Positions 37,741 through 50,599 of a stretch of DNA of 64,000 nt are shown in pieces (position 1 is the first letter of the stretch; every line of letters starts with the position of its first letter). Under the pieces are notes generated by a model that was given only the letters and a program-made list of their open reading frames with translations, did no database searches and was not told where the DNA came from. The DNA lies in the NCBI GenBank assembly GCA_001600815.1, contig BCKZ01000031.1, positions 1-64,000 on the forward strand, read 5' to 3'. Made by a program: the position numbers and the translations under genes. The stretch is from Alloascoidea hylecoeti. Its lineage: Eukaryota.

Positions 37741-39588
37741 TTATATATTAGCTATATCATTTTCCGGATGTAATAAAATTCTGGGTACTCTTGAACCTTT
37801 TTTATAACATTCAGATATTGCTCGAAATTGTTCTCCTCTTTTTTCCCAAATTGCTTCTCTTTGTGATTTATCTTGAAAGTTTAGAATTGTTAAACTTGTT
37901 ATCCTATTTTTTATTTTAAATTTATTATCATCATTTATATCTATATATTTTTTTTTTGAAATGTTTAGACTATTTGAATTAGTTGTGAAACTTATTTTAT
38001 CCTTTGTATTCAAATTTGTATTTATTTGAATATCAATATCATCACTTGCAATTGATCTCATATTACCTGATAATTTTTGATCACATGTTTCTGATGTTGA
38101 TTTTGTTGATAATAAATTTTGATCATTATCAAATATCATTGAAGATCTATTTGAACATGATCCATTAATAACTCTTAAATTTGAATTTCTTTCAGAATAC
38201 CCAGGAAGCATAAAAGGTTTTACATTTTGTAATTGTTTTTCTAAACAATCTTTACTTTTATCACTTTCTTGATATTTATCTTTATTTTTACTTTGATTTG
38301 TATTATTATGAATATCAATAGACTTGGATTCTTTTAATTCTGGAATCTTTTTCTTTAAATCAGAAGATTTACTTAATCTTTGTCTAGCAGCCATTGAATA
38401 TGTTCTTGTATACTTACTTGTATCAATATTATTATTATTTGGATTTATCCCAGATCTTATTTTTAAAGCAGAGGAATCCGAAGGTTCATCATCCATATCA
38501 GGAAATGTAGCTATATATGGAGATGTTCCCCTATAACTACACCTAAGACGAACTGGATTTTTCTTCTGATATTCTTGATGTTTGGGGACTTTTGGTGGAA
38601 TTCCAGCAATTGCCATTTCTTCTTCACTTATATCAACTGGTTTATTGAAGTTATTGCCATTATTTTTATTATTAATGGATGGTTTGTTTTGTAAAATAGC
38701 ATCGAAATCTCTATATACAGTCTTTCTATATTCAATTGGTGCACTTCCATATCGTCTCTGTTCTAATGGATAATTATTAGGAAATTGTGTATGCGGTTTG
38801 ATTGGTGTTTGAGAAGTCAAAGTTCTAATTCTACCAATTTCACTTGGACTTGTACATGGATAACTTTGACTGATTGTATTATTTTCTTCTTTTGCTAATA
38901 TTAAAATTGGATGTGGCTGGCTATTATTTCTCTTTGAAGGTTCTACTACTTTTTTAACTTTTGAGTTTCTTTGTTTAGGGTAAAATAAAGTTTGGGCATC
39001 ATCACTTGTTTGATGTCTACCAACCTCCTCAATACTATCATGTCGGATATAATTGTTTTTTGAACCCAAATATGTAGATAATACATGTGATTGCATGCTA
39101 AATTCTGTTTGTTGATCATAATCATTAATAATATTAATATTATTACGGGAATATCTATCAATATTAAATGAATCAAGAGATGAATTTGAAGTATCTGAAG
39201 ATAAAATAGAATCTGAATAAATAGATTGAGCTGATTCACCAGCTGAACTTATATTCATTGATTTAAAATTTTGTAGTTCCATTGAAAAATCATTATAATT
39301 ATAATTTATTTCATGATTATTTCTTGGGATATTAGGAGCTTGTATTATTGGTAATTCATCATCTGAATCACTATCACAACCCGAATTACAGATAATTGAA
39401 TAAGAATCATCATTGTCTGAACCATTATCATCAAAGATAGAATCAGAGTATTTGTGATCATCTTCTTTTGGCAGTGGTGGAAGTGATCTAGGTGTATAAT
39501 TTCTCAAATTGCTGTAAACTTCTCGTCTTTGATTATTATTATAGCTTGAGTAAGCTGGATCATAAGATGGTGTTGTATATTCACTCAT
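37741..39588 (-). CDS. Hypothetical N/S/D-rich, probably disordered protein
   Basis: 615-aa open frame; no family recognised. Confidence 0.6.
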   Translation of the reverse strand: MSEYTTPSYDPAYSSYNNNQRREVYSNLRNYTPRSLPPLPKEDDHKYSDSIFDDNGSDNDDSYSIICNSGCDSDSDDELPIIQAPNIPRNNHEINYNYNDFSMELQNFKSMNISSAGESAQSIYSDSILSSDTSNSSLDSFNIDRYSRNNINIINDYDQQTEFSMQSHVLSTYLGSKNNYIRHDSIEEVGRHQTSDDAQTLFYPKQRNSKVKKVVEPSKRNNSQPHPILILAKEENNTISQSYPCTSPSEIGRIRTLTSQTPIKPHTQFPNNYPLEQRRYGSAPIEYRKTVYRDFDAILQNKPSINNKNNGNNFNKPVDISEEEMAIAGIPPKVPKHQEYQKKNPVRLRCSYRGTSPYIATFPDMDDEPSDSSALKIRSGINPNNNNIDTSKYTRTYSMAARQRLSKSSDLKKKIPELKESKSIDIHNNTNQSKNKDKYQESDKSKDCLEKQLQNVKPFMLPGYSERNSNLRVINGSCSNRSSMIFDNDQNLLSTKSTSETCDQKLSGNMRSIASDDIDIQINTNLNTKDKISFTTNSNSLNISKKKYIDINDDNKFKIKNRITSLTILNFQDKSQREAIWEKRGEQFRAISECYKKGSRVPRILLHPENDIANI

Positions 39589-40646
39589 TTGTTTCTGATG
39601 ATTTTTATAACTTGATTGCTCAATATTATAAAGATTTTTTTCTTTTATTGTAGTTGTAATTGGAGATGGAAGAAGGAGTTAATATAATTTCGGGATATTT
39701 TCTAAAATATTTATGATCAGTCAGTTTAGCCCGATTAGAGTTTTCGTTTTATATCTTATTTCAATACTTACTTTTTTGATGCATTAAGATGATTAATTGA
39801 TATGAACAATTCCAGTATATTCTTATTATGTTAAAAAGTACAAAAAAAAGAGAGAGATGAGAAGAGATTAAAAGAATTTAAATAAATTCATGAATATATA
39901 AATAAATTTAGCTGCGGCCGATTTACAATTTCTACCACTTTGTAACTTTAAAACGTGCTACTTTCCGTTTGAAGAATAAACCAACCTGCACTTCTAAATT
40001 TTTATACGATAACAATAAACTTCTGCATGCATATGCATGGCTTGTCTCAACTCGTTCACACACAATAGGCAGTAAATTTCACAACTGGCGAGCATCGAGG
40101 CGAGGTCGAGCCCGACCACAGTAACTTTTGGACTTTCCTGCCCAGTCAAGCACAAAAATCACAAAATCACAATTGCAAAAATATATTTTGATTGGTATTC
40201 GAGCGTGCTTGACCCCTAAAAATTTAGGCGATGCGTGGCCGGTAACACACTTATATTTAAGTATAGGTGATAAATTATAGATTATAAAAAAAAGGTAGTA
40301 TATTGTATAGTTATATTATATATATATATATTATATTATGAACAAGGAGTGTTAATAAAATACATTTGCATGTTTTTATACAGATTATAAATATGATGAG
40401 TATGATATGAACAAGATCTATGGTTAAAAAAAAATGCAGTGGTAGTAATAGTATAGAGAGTTTGATGAGAAATGAATTTGAATTATTGGTACTTGTAGTG
40501 TGTTGCATTTTATATTGTTCTTTGAGAACAAAAAACTTTAAATGTAACAACAACTAAGTAAATTATAAACGAAACATGATGAAAAATAATACCAACTGTA
40601 CGGGTGAATGTGATTGTTAATACCACTTATATTATTGTAATGATTA

Positions 40647-41791
40647 TTAAAAGATGAAAACTTGATCATTTTGTTTAGATGGTTGACTTGATTTTTGCCA
40701 TCCTAAATCTCCAGTAAATTTCTGTACAGATTTCATCATTGGATCTGGTCCACAACAAAATAATCTTGAATTTGAACTTGGTTTTGGTAAATATTTTGAG
40801 ATTAAGTCTTCAGATATATAACCAATATCACCATTCCATTTTTTATTTGGTTTGTTTAAAACATAATGGATTTTAATTCTTGGGAATTTTTCTGCTAATT
40901 CATCTAATTCATCACGTAATAAAATATCATCTTCAGTTTCATTACAATAAATTAAACTTATATTTGTTGTATCTTGTGGATTTATTGTGATATGTGCTAA
41001 GATTTGTAATAGTGGTGATATACCAGTTCCACCAGCAATCATACCAATTTCTTTTGTCATATTACAAACATATGACATTCTACCAATAGGACCACTAAAT
41101 TTAACAGTTTGATGAATTTTTAAATTTGAGAAATGTTGAGAGACTTTACCATTTGGATACGTTTTAATTAATAAATCAAAAGCACCTTGTTCTGCTCTTG
41201 AAGAAATTGGTGTATAATATCGAACACAATTTTGACCATTTATGGGGACAGATACTTGAAGATGAGTGCCGACAGGTATCCTTAATATATCATCATCACT
41301 GTTTAATGAAAACCGATAGCTAATAATAAGAATGTTAGTAAAACAAGTAAGACAAATAACGTTGCGTTTTAAGTTTTTTTTAAAAAAAATGAACTTACAT
41401 TGCAGTGTCGTTAGAAACAACAATCTTATCGACAAGCTCCAAATCTTGATAATTACTTATAGTCATATTATTTGTAGTTTTATCTAATCAAACAAAACAA
41501 AATTGTAAATTTAGAAAATAGTAAGTATAAAGAAACGGTAATTTATAACAAATAAAAAAAAGAAGAATTATTCGTACCTTGTCCTATTTTAAACTTAATT
41601 CTCAAAGATAACAAAAGGCATGTAAAAAGTAAGGCACCCGGAATGTATCTCCAATCGAAAATTCCAACACTAAATAATAATAAGACAGTGGGTGTGGCGG
41701 TTCCTTGTAAGGCTGTGTCTAGAAGTGTATCACTATCAAGGCTAAATTCTTCGTAATCTTTGAAATGATTTAGGATCGAAATATTGGACAT
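40647..41791 (-). CDS. NADH-cytochrome b5 reductase (CBR1/PGA3 family); introns 41577-41484 and 41398-41320
   Basis: N-terminal hydrophobic segment; RYYTPIS, IKTYPNGKVS, GMIAGGTGISP, CGPDPM. Confidence 0.92.
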
Positions 41792-43224
41792 TACTAAGTT
41801 TACAATGGTTTTTATATGTGAAGAAATAGAATTTGATGCCTGTTTTATATTGTGGAGGCTCGAACAACCCTACACCTTCCCGAGGCTGAATGAGTAATTT
41901 TTAGAAGTAACTCAGCAGTAAGTGAACATTTTGTCGAATGAAACACCAACCTGAGACAAAAGAACGGCAAAAACGGTTGCCTTCTATATAATATATAATA
42001 TATTTTTTGGGGTCTGGAATGAAAGTTCTACTGAACAACGGGAATTGTGGCAAATGAACCCTGAGACTTGCACCTGCCGAGTCCTGCCATCGGTGCCGCA
42101 TACCGCGGTCATATTTCCTCCGGATCACAGTATAAACGACAGAATCGGCACAGATTGAACGTACATTTGCTAGGGAACTGTTAAGACTATCTTGGAGCTA
42201 GCCCCAATTGGGAACACTATTACTTTTTGGCATTGGCATTTGGAGGTGGTACCGTAATCCTGCAAGTGTTGTGTTTTCATTTCCTTCTATTATTTAAGTC
42301 CATGTTTTAAGGTGAAGGAAGTCAGAATTACAGCAATAATTAGTCACATACAGTCTTAAATTCAACCTAACTAGTTCGTTTATTGTCAGCAAGGCCTCTT
42401 AAACTGCATAAATTGATCATAAATTGAAATCTGTAAGGATAACAACGCCCCCAAAAAATAAATATTTATGCATATACCTATGTATGTCAAACTTTTGGAC
42501 TTGAAAAGTGTCAAAATCTTACCTAAGCCAGTATTCACGTAAAAATTATCTGGAACTGGGTATGTTTTTCAAGATCTTCTGTAAAATTTACTAATCGATG
42601 CATATGTCGATAACGTTGCCAACTTGCCGTTGGGACCAAACCACCAATGGCCCACCATCGTCAGCCGGACTGGATTCAGGACTTTGCACAGCCTACTGCT
42701 CAAAAGAACTAGATGTGATGGAAGAGAAACCTCAAAAAGCAAGGACACATTCTACCTCGGAAGGTGCAAATGTAACTAATTCTGACATACTGCTGCAGGG
42801 CCCAGGGCCTGCCAAGCGCCATCTCGAATGAAGTTAAGTAGGGTTAGCCGAAATCAAAGGCGGTCCGTCATTATAATCATAACAAAAAAAAGACATTTTT
42901 GAACGAGTACTTAATTTTGTTGTCTCTACTTAAATAATTATAACGTTAATCGTGTTCATATATATAAAACATGTATAGAATATATCGTAATTGTATATAT
43001 TTGAAGGGTACTATATGTGATATTTCTCTAAACTTATGATTAACTGAAAAAAAATAGAAAAATTCTTGATGGGCAACTCAACCCCGAGCCGCTTCACTGA
43101 ATCCGATAAGATAAGAATGTAGACATTGTAGAGTATAAGCTCTCCTATCGCGAGATTTCTGAAAAAATATAAACAAGTCCCACGTTGCAATGAGCATGTT
43201 CTTCGCGCAATTAAAATGTCAAAT

Positions 43225-43600
43225 CCCCTCTATTCCGATGATTGAAAAACGTGGCAGAAATCCAATGAATACCTACACCCACAAAGCCTTGGAACGTATG
43301 GCATTTGCTGACTGTGTAACAGTGCCTAGATGAAATGCCAAAAAGTGCCTCACCTCATCAAAAACTGTGGCAAAAATTTAAGAGACAAGATCATCTTCAT
43401 CCGAGATAATGTCCTATTAACAAAGCTGGTGTTACAATGTCATGATTTTAAAAGGAGAAAATTGGAGTGATGGAGGTTTTCCCATCTATCTGAGCTCAAT
43501 TAAGAAGGAGTGAAAAAATAAATCATATCCAAAAATGAACCAGCCCTCATAAAACACGGGGAAACAGAGAAAAGAAGATGGATCAATCTCTAGAATACAC
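43225..43600 (+). mobile_element. Degenerate Tc1/mariner DDE transposase remnant
   Basis: LYSD, then IFIRDN/PINKAGVTMS*F*KEKIGVME (cf. FQQDNAPIHKA..T..WF....I.VMEWP) and an SPDLN-like remnant. Confidence 0.55.
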
Positions 43601-43659
43601 CAAAAAATCTCTCCACATAAGTCTAAATTCCTATTTCAAAAACTATCTCGTATTACCGA

Positions 43660-43862
43660 AGATGGTAAATGAATATTTGAAAATTAAATCTTCAGATTTA
43701 CCATTCCACTTTTCACTTGGTTTATTTAAAACATAATTATACAATGAATTTTAATTCTAGGAAATTTTTCAATTTATTCATCTAATTCGTAATACATTAT
43801 CGTATTCTGTTTCAATACGATAAATTAGACTTATTTTTGTTGTATCTTGCGAATTTATTGTT
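43660..43862 (-). pseudogene. Degenerate fragment of the neighbouring cytochrome b5 reductase gene
   Basis: Matches ~40785-40990 in the same orientation, with indels. Confidence 0.85.
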
Positions 43863-46016
43863 AAAATTTGTGTCATCTATGAGTGAATTAATATTTATAA
43901 TTAAGAAGTGGTGCTATTTTATTATACTGTCAAAATACACGTAATTTGAGCTCTGACTGTTAGTTATCGCTTGTTTATTTCTCTTTCTTTATCCTTTGAC
44001 ATAGGCTATACGGTAATAATAGTAACGGGATGTTCTCTTATAAATTCATAGTTCGATTCCAAATACCCGCATTATTTAAACAAATTTAAAACGTTCTTAG
44101 GGAATCCTTTCTATATAATGGACTTAAATCCGGTTATATTAATATAATATATCCTCAAATTCCAAACTTAAATCTAAATTCAGTTTCTAACTCATATTCT
44201 TGTTTTAATAAACGAAAGCAGAATTACAAGCGTCAATTTTCATCATCAACAGTAATGAATATGATATCGATAAGAAAGTTAAAAGTTAAAAAGATCATCT
44301 CACTTGTAGATGTCACTATAATAGTTAATTATTAATAACTGGGATATACCAAGTTAAATGCAATCGGTAATTAATAATAATGGTTTAATTCATTTATATT
44401 CAATTTATAAAAAATAATGAAAATGAATAAATTTGAACTCCAAAAATTCTTGAAAGATAATAAAGATTTTTCAAACTCAGCAACAATAACATCATATTCT
44501 ATTTTTAAATATTAGAAGGTCGTTTTGATACAATTAATGGTATGGAATTGAGAAATGAAGATCTATTGACTGGTTCAGGTGATAGAAGTATCATTTCTTA
44601 GAGACTTGAATATGGATTGAATAATAATCATGCATCGATATCATTAATATTGACGTGCAATTGAGAGTAATTCATTATAATTGTCAACATAAGCTACTTA
44701 TAGATCGGTTATGATCCTTTCAGCGAGAATATTTATAGTGGGCTTCAATTTGTCTAAAGAGACAGTATAAGATGAATGTAGATTCCTTATAATTATATGG
44801 AAAATCCACCACCAAAAAACGCAATCCGTAATACTTAACTTCTCACCGAAAACACCAACAACATTGAATATAAGTGGGAGAAGGACGATCGATCTTTGAG
44901 ATTACATAGCTGCAATGTTTATGGGCTTATTCAAGTTTCCACTTGTCTTTCCAATTAACTCTTGTGCGAGAACAGACAGAGAAGAAGAGAACAGCTGACA
45001 TTTAAATTCTTCCAAAGCAGGAGACGGAATACCTGGTACTATTTACCGTTTGCTGGCACTCGATAAAGATGAAATGTTAACCTTAGTATCAACAGTTTCC
45101 AACTCTTCGTTTATCAAATGAGGCCAGAGGGGATTAAAATAGTAAGATCCATATGGTTGGAAATGAAAGTTAATAGTTCAGGTGGAAAGCAAATCGTTTT
45201 GAGAACACATGGTTTAAATGGGTCTAGAATAAGAGATATATCTTCTAAGAACTTTTCTAGTAAAGATGGAGTAAATCGAGGACTTTTTGACTGTTTACCA
45301 ATTTGCTGATAATGCGGAAACAGGTAAGTATTTAATTATTTTTCATCTATGGAAATTTAACTATAACCAATAAATGTGTATGATTTGCTTCAAAATTTTA
45401 TAGTTATAAGGAACTATCGCTATGGTCACTTCATTTTCGGAAAGAATAGCTGCTCTTCAACAAGCCAAACTATCTTCACTGGTTCAAATAAATATATCGA
45501 AGTTAATGAGCACACAACCAATAGAAGCCAAAATCACTGTATACCTAGATACAAAATCATTATTAACTGATAATCTAGAATATAATTATAACCTTGTTAG
45601 ATCATGTTATAATTCATCAATAGATTTATTTGGTTATATTGATGAATCTTTATTAAATTATGAATAATTACAAGCTTTAAATACATTATTAGCAACTTCT
45701 TTATATGTTAGATTTCTTTCACAAAAAAACATTATTAGAAAAACTTTTGTTCAACTTTAAAAAATTTAGATTGATTCTAAAGTTGAAGGGTTTAGATTGT
45801 TATTGATTTACTTTAAACTGTATTTCTTTTAAAATATTCAGATAAATCGAGAATTTTAGCTGCTGTCGATGTCACTGATTAAATACATCTGTTGAATATC
45901 AGGAATCGGTTATTATTGGTTGATAATTGTAATTTTAAATGTTACCCGGATATAAACTATGCCCAACCTCCTTATAATTATAATCAATCAACTTCTTTTA
46001 TCATTAATATGAATGG

Positions 46017-46539
46017 TTACCAAGAGCAATTCTTAGTGCTTGGACGTGAAGTCGGGAAACGTATTCAAGATCTGGAAAGTCGTTCTAATTCTAATGAACA
46101 GGGACAAATATTTGAAGACAGAGTATCAGGGTCAAGTATATAACGGCGGAAGTTTCGCCAACAACATACTATTCAATTTACCATTAGTTGGGATTTTTGA
46201 ATCGCCAGGATCTAACAGCAAGGCTACTTCAAAATCGAGTAGGAAACAAAATAAAGTTAGTGGAGAATTCAAACAAATGAAATTTATGCTGACAAAAGAA
46301 TTTAAATTCCTCGAAAAAAAAAATTTTGAAGTAGCCTTGCTGTGAGATCCTGGCAATTCAAAAAACCCAACTAATGGTAGATTGAATAATATGTTATTTG
46401 CGAAACTTCCGCCGTTATATACTTGGCTCTGATACTGTCTTCAAATATTTGTCCCTGTTCATTAGAGTTAGAACGACTTTCCAGATCTTGAATACGTTTC
46501 CCGATTTCACGTTCAAGCACTAATAATTGCTCTTGGTAA
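46017..46539. repeat. Inverted repeat, ~219-bp arms (46017-46235 and 46323-46539), ~87-bp spacer
   Basis: Arms are reverse complements with scattered mismatches; ORF track shows REVGKRIQDLESRSNSNEQGQIFED on + and REIGKRIQDLESRSNSNEQGQIFED on -. Confidence 0.95.
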
Positions 46540-46739
46540 TCACTATCGTACAAAACGTTGACGAATCTGCGGTATCAAATTTTATGAAAGCAAATCTATT
46601 AGATCCAGCATGTTGCTTATACAATTCATTTATTGAATCTTATGAAGCGTTACAACTGATTAGTCAAAAACCCTCCTATTTATCAGAACAATGAAATCAA
46701 TAAATAATTTAAAAACTCATGAACCATTATTAGAACTTG

Positions 46740-47230
46740 TATTGATAAATTCACCAATGAATTCACCAGTAAAGAATCTAAAGAATCTGAAACTAAAGAA
46801 ATTAAAGAAAAATCTAATAAATCGGATATTCTTGAAGATTCGGAGAAAAATGATAATATAGAAACTCCATCATCTGTTCTAATGAAAAATTCAAACTCAC
46901 AATCAAAAAATCACAATCATCATCAAATTTAGAATCTAATGAATTAAAAGAACCTTCATTACCTAATTCTGAATAAAATAATAATACTCCAAACCCAGAC
47001 AAGGATAATAATATACCCAATGATGAACCAGTTTTGAAAGTTAAAACAACTCCATTAACTTCAAGACCTTTACGTGATCCAAAATATCCAGGTACACGTA
47101 AAAGAGATGAACAAAGACAAAGACATTATGATGCAAAAGTTTATGCAAAACTATTAGAAATTTGTTCTTTAGGAGATCCATCAAAAATTATAAAAATTTA
47201 GGTAAAATAGGTCAGGGAGCATCAGAAGGA
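46740..47230 (+). pseudogene. STE20/PAK kinase fragment
   Basis: VYAKLLEICSLGDPSK, frameshift, YKNLGKIGQGASEG, then homology stops. Confidence 0.8.
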
Positions 47231-48035
47231 ATCAATTGCAAATGATTAGTTTTATCACTAATAATGTAGTTAGTTATAAGTAATAGTGTTTATACCATTA
47301 GCGCTATAATATATGAAGAATCACCTTCGTTATAACATATTAACAAGAAAAACATTAAACCTGATATATGCTGTTGAAGATGTTATTTGAAGATACATAT
47401 GCCCGAACATTAGTGTAGCTAGTAATCCTTTAGCTAAGCTGAATTCAATGTGACTCTTTTTGATTATATTCATAAATAGTTTTTCTTTCCTTTCTTTTTT
47501 AAGTTCTCTATTTTTTAGTTTCGTATTTAGTTCCTATCCTCGATATCGCTTTAAGAGTGCCAATCAGCCCTTCATTGTTTAATATTAGCCGAAAACCAAG
47601 TGCAAAATAAGCGGAATAATTACATATCAGAAAGGCAAACACTCTTTCTCCAGTTTTTTTATACAGTTTCGGTGTTGTAATATGATTTCACTTCATTCAA
47701 CTGCAAGCTCAATGATACAAATATACTTTTACCAACTACGAGAAGTTGTGATAAATACAGAAATATACAATAACCTTATTAATTTATATATATATATATA
47801 TATATTTAATTTCACTCATTCTATAATCCAAAATAAAACATATGTAGATTCTTGTATTCGTTAGGTGTCTTACACGCAGTCCAATCTTTATCACACCCGT
47901 TGAAAGACCAATAACTCCTATCTCGCATCCCAGTATTAACTACTAAATTGATTCGCAAACCAAGGTAATTTAGCAATGGATATTTAGTAAAACTCTAGTC
48001 TGGTACCAACTCCATACTTCTATCTTTCAGGCCAA

Positions 48036-48194
48036 AAATGGGTATTACGGGTTCTCCTTATCAGGAAATAAAAAATTGAAACAATGAATTATCCAGTGAT
48101 GTAGAACTATCCCTATGGGTGGGTCCTGTTTGCCAGATAATTTTGTTTCAATTTTGAAGCTTCTCCTGATAATTAGAACCCGCAATACCCATTT
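48036..48194. repeat. Imperfect inverted repeat, ~60-bp arms
   Basis: AAATGGGTATTACGGGTTCT..TTATCAGGA..AAAATTGAAACAA pairs with TTGTTTCAATTTT..TCCTGATAA..AGAACCCGCAATACCCATTT. Confidence 0.85.
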
Positions 48195-49249
48195 CCAATA
48201 ACATTGCTGGAAAAGATTACGATATTCAAGTAACAAAATCAGAGGATACTAAACTGTCTTCTGTGGACTAAATTTAATGAATTAATTAAGTAAATAAAGT
48301 TACATCTTTACAGCTTAAACAACATAAAAATAACATGATGTAGTATATTAATCATTCAATATGAAATTCGACAATCTTTTATGACGCTGTTTATTAAAGT
48401 TAGAAAAAAGAAAAAGACGTAAAAAAAGATTATTTTTTTAGGTGCCGAGTAACGCGACATCTTCAAAGTGATGTAGACTATGTCATAATACACGCAGACA
48501 AGTAAATAACACCAATACACAAAATACAGACTAAAAGAGAGAAAAAGGAAGAAGACGTTTTATTCGATCCTGACTCTTGTTCATAAAAAATAGAGGTTGG
48601 GGAGAAGCTCAAGATTTATACTATTTGTCCCAAAAAGGAAATAAAAGTGCTAATTGTTCTTCTACTCTTTTTTTATATACCCAATTATTGTATTATGAAA
48701 TTAGTTAAATTAACTAATTTGTAAGAGAATAAAATGAATTAGTTGAAAACTAAATAATAATTTGTTTGTATATTATATAACCAGGAATCCATGAACTTGC
48801 AAAGTTTATAAGCTTATAGCAAGTGGGACTTTGTCCGTTAATATAGCTAGAGTTTCCTGCCTGGTTAAAATAAAAAACACCAGGTAAATATATTATACCT
48901 TTTATTATTTTTTCTTCAATTATCATAACATACTAACCATATTTTAAAGAAGCCTCCGATAATACTTCTAGTTCTAGAGGACCTACCATTCTTAGATGAG
49001 TACAAAGATGTTTAAGAATTGATCAAAGTCTTGCTTGGTCAACCCATAATACCACATTTCATTAAGTTCAATACTAACCATTATAAATTTGTACTCTCAA
49101 ATTTAACATCAATTGTAAATGTAAATGAATCACCGTCATGAAAACCTCGGCCACGTAGAATCTTCAAACAAATTGTAGAAACTCTTGAGCTTGAAGAGCC
49201 AAATGAAGGAGACAACATTTTTTGCATGTATACCTTATTATAAATTAAA

Positions 49250-49960
49250 CTAATTTATAAGAGGTGAATGTGCTTTTCCAAATGAATTCATTTTTTAAGG
49301 GTCATTAAGGCTCTAAATTAAGCTGTATTTACATGAGTACTATTAATTAACAACCAATTTTTTTAAAATAATTCAGATTGATATAATTCTAGTTTATTTA
49401 TTTATATTAAGTAATCTAGTTATTGAGAAGGTTAACTCGAGAAAAAGTCTGTTTGCCTTTTCTCAGAAGTTGGACTTACTTAGGTATCCAACTAAAAAGC
49501 TAAGAAAAAGTTCAAGAATTGTATCATTCATCATAATTATATAAGGTTACAATATAAATGTTTCATATATGGTAAATATTTAACATTTCTGAACTTACTA
49601 ATCAGAGAATTATATGTAGGATCAAGATTCATTTCGCTAACAAAACAATCAAATGGATGAAAACTGAAGTAATTACATATTTGGAAGAAAATGTATGAAA
49701 AACGGTGAGTCAGATGTTTTAATTGAAAGAAAAAACGAAGTGGATTTGTAAAAACATTTGTTCCACGACGTCCAATACTATTATAATAGTAAATTTTAAA
49801 GCCTTAAATGAAATAACAAAACAATATACATGCTCCCAATATTCAACTTATAAATGTTCGTGTTTCTTTGGTGACAGTGAGTCTTTTTTTTTTTTTCAAG
49901 TGGCCATTAAGGCTCTATATTAAACTGCTTTTTCTATAAATACTATATTTATAACAACCA
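49250..49960 (+). repeat. Diverged direct repeat (~49250-49365 and ~49840-49960)
   Basis: Shared CATTAAGGCTCTA.ATTAA.CTG...TACTAT....TAACAACCAA. Confidence 0.7.
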
Positions 49961-50359
49961 AAAAATTGTGAAAATAAAAAGACCTATTGCTAGGCAAAAA
50001 TACCTATTACTAATGTTATATGTTCACTCTTTTTTGGGTAATGTTGTTACATTTTATAGTATTATTGCCACCATTTCCAACTTCTTACTCAATCAATAAA
50101 GGATGTAATATTTATACATCCTTCCTCTTTTTCTTTTTTTGTCCATAGCACCTAAGTGATTCAGAACAAAGCTTTGTGGAGTCCCTTTCAATCATTTTAC
50201 ACCATTGTGATTCTGATAAACTATTCTCCTGTTGATCATATCTTCTGTGATATTTTCTAACCAAAAAAACGGTTACCGCTCTTAATATTAAATCTTTTCT
50301 TTCCTTATGATTAAAGTTAAGAAAATAAAAAAGAAAAGGAATAAAAGTTAAAAAGAAAA

Positions 50360-50431
50360 CTCGGCAACGGGGAATTGAACCCCGGTCCCCCGCGTGACAG
50401 GCGGAAATTCTAGCCACTAAACTATTGCCGA
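50360..50431 (-). tRNA. tRNA-Asp (GTC)
   Basis: TCGGCAA/TTGCCGA acceptor stem, CTGTCAC anticodon loop, GGTTCAATTCC T-arm, followed by a T-run terminator. Confidence 0.96.
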
Positions 50432-50599
50432 TAAGTTGTTATCCAAATATTAGTGAGATTGCACACGTGATTATTTTGTCAAATAGATAGTCTAGAAATT
50501 CAAAGACTGAAATACACTAACTTCATAGCTAACTTGCAAAAAAGGCTAAATTTACGCTCTTTAGACCAATTTAGTTGGAAATCAAGATAACGGGTGATA

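Noticed and set aside
43060..43155. Possible degenerate tRNA on the minus strand
   Set aside because: T-loop non-canonical and stems do not pair
44780..45320. Possible LINE C-terminal remnant on the minus strand (VNWKDKWK...CCWC)
   Set aside because: Motif too weak, many stops, no RT or endonuclease motifs seen
50112..50417. 101-aa ORF overlapping the tRNA
   Set aside because: Spurious translation of tRNA-Asp and its flank
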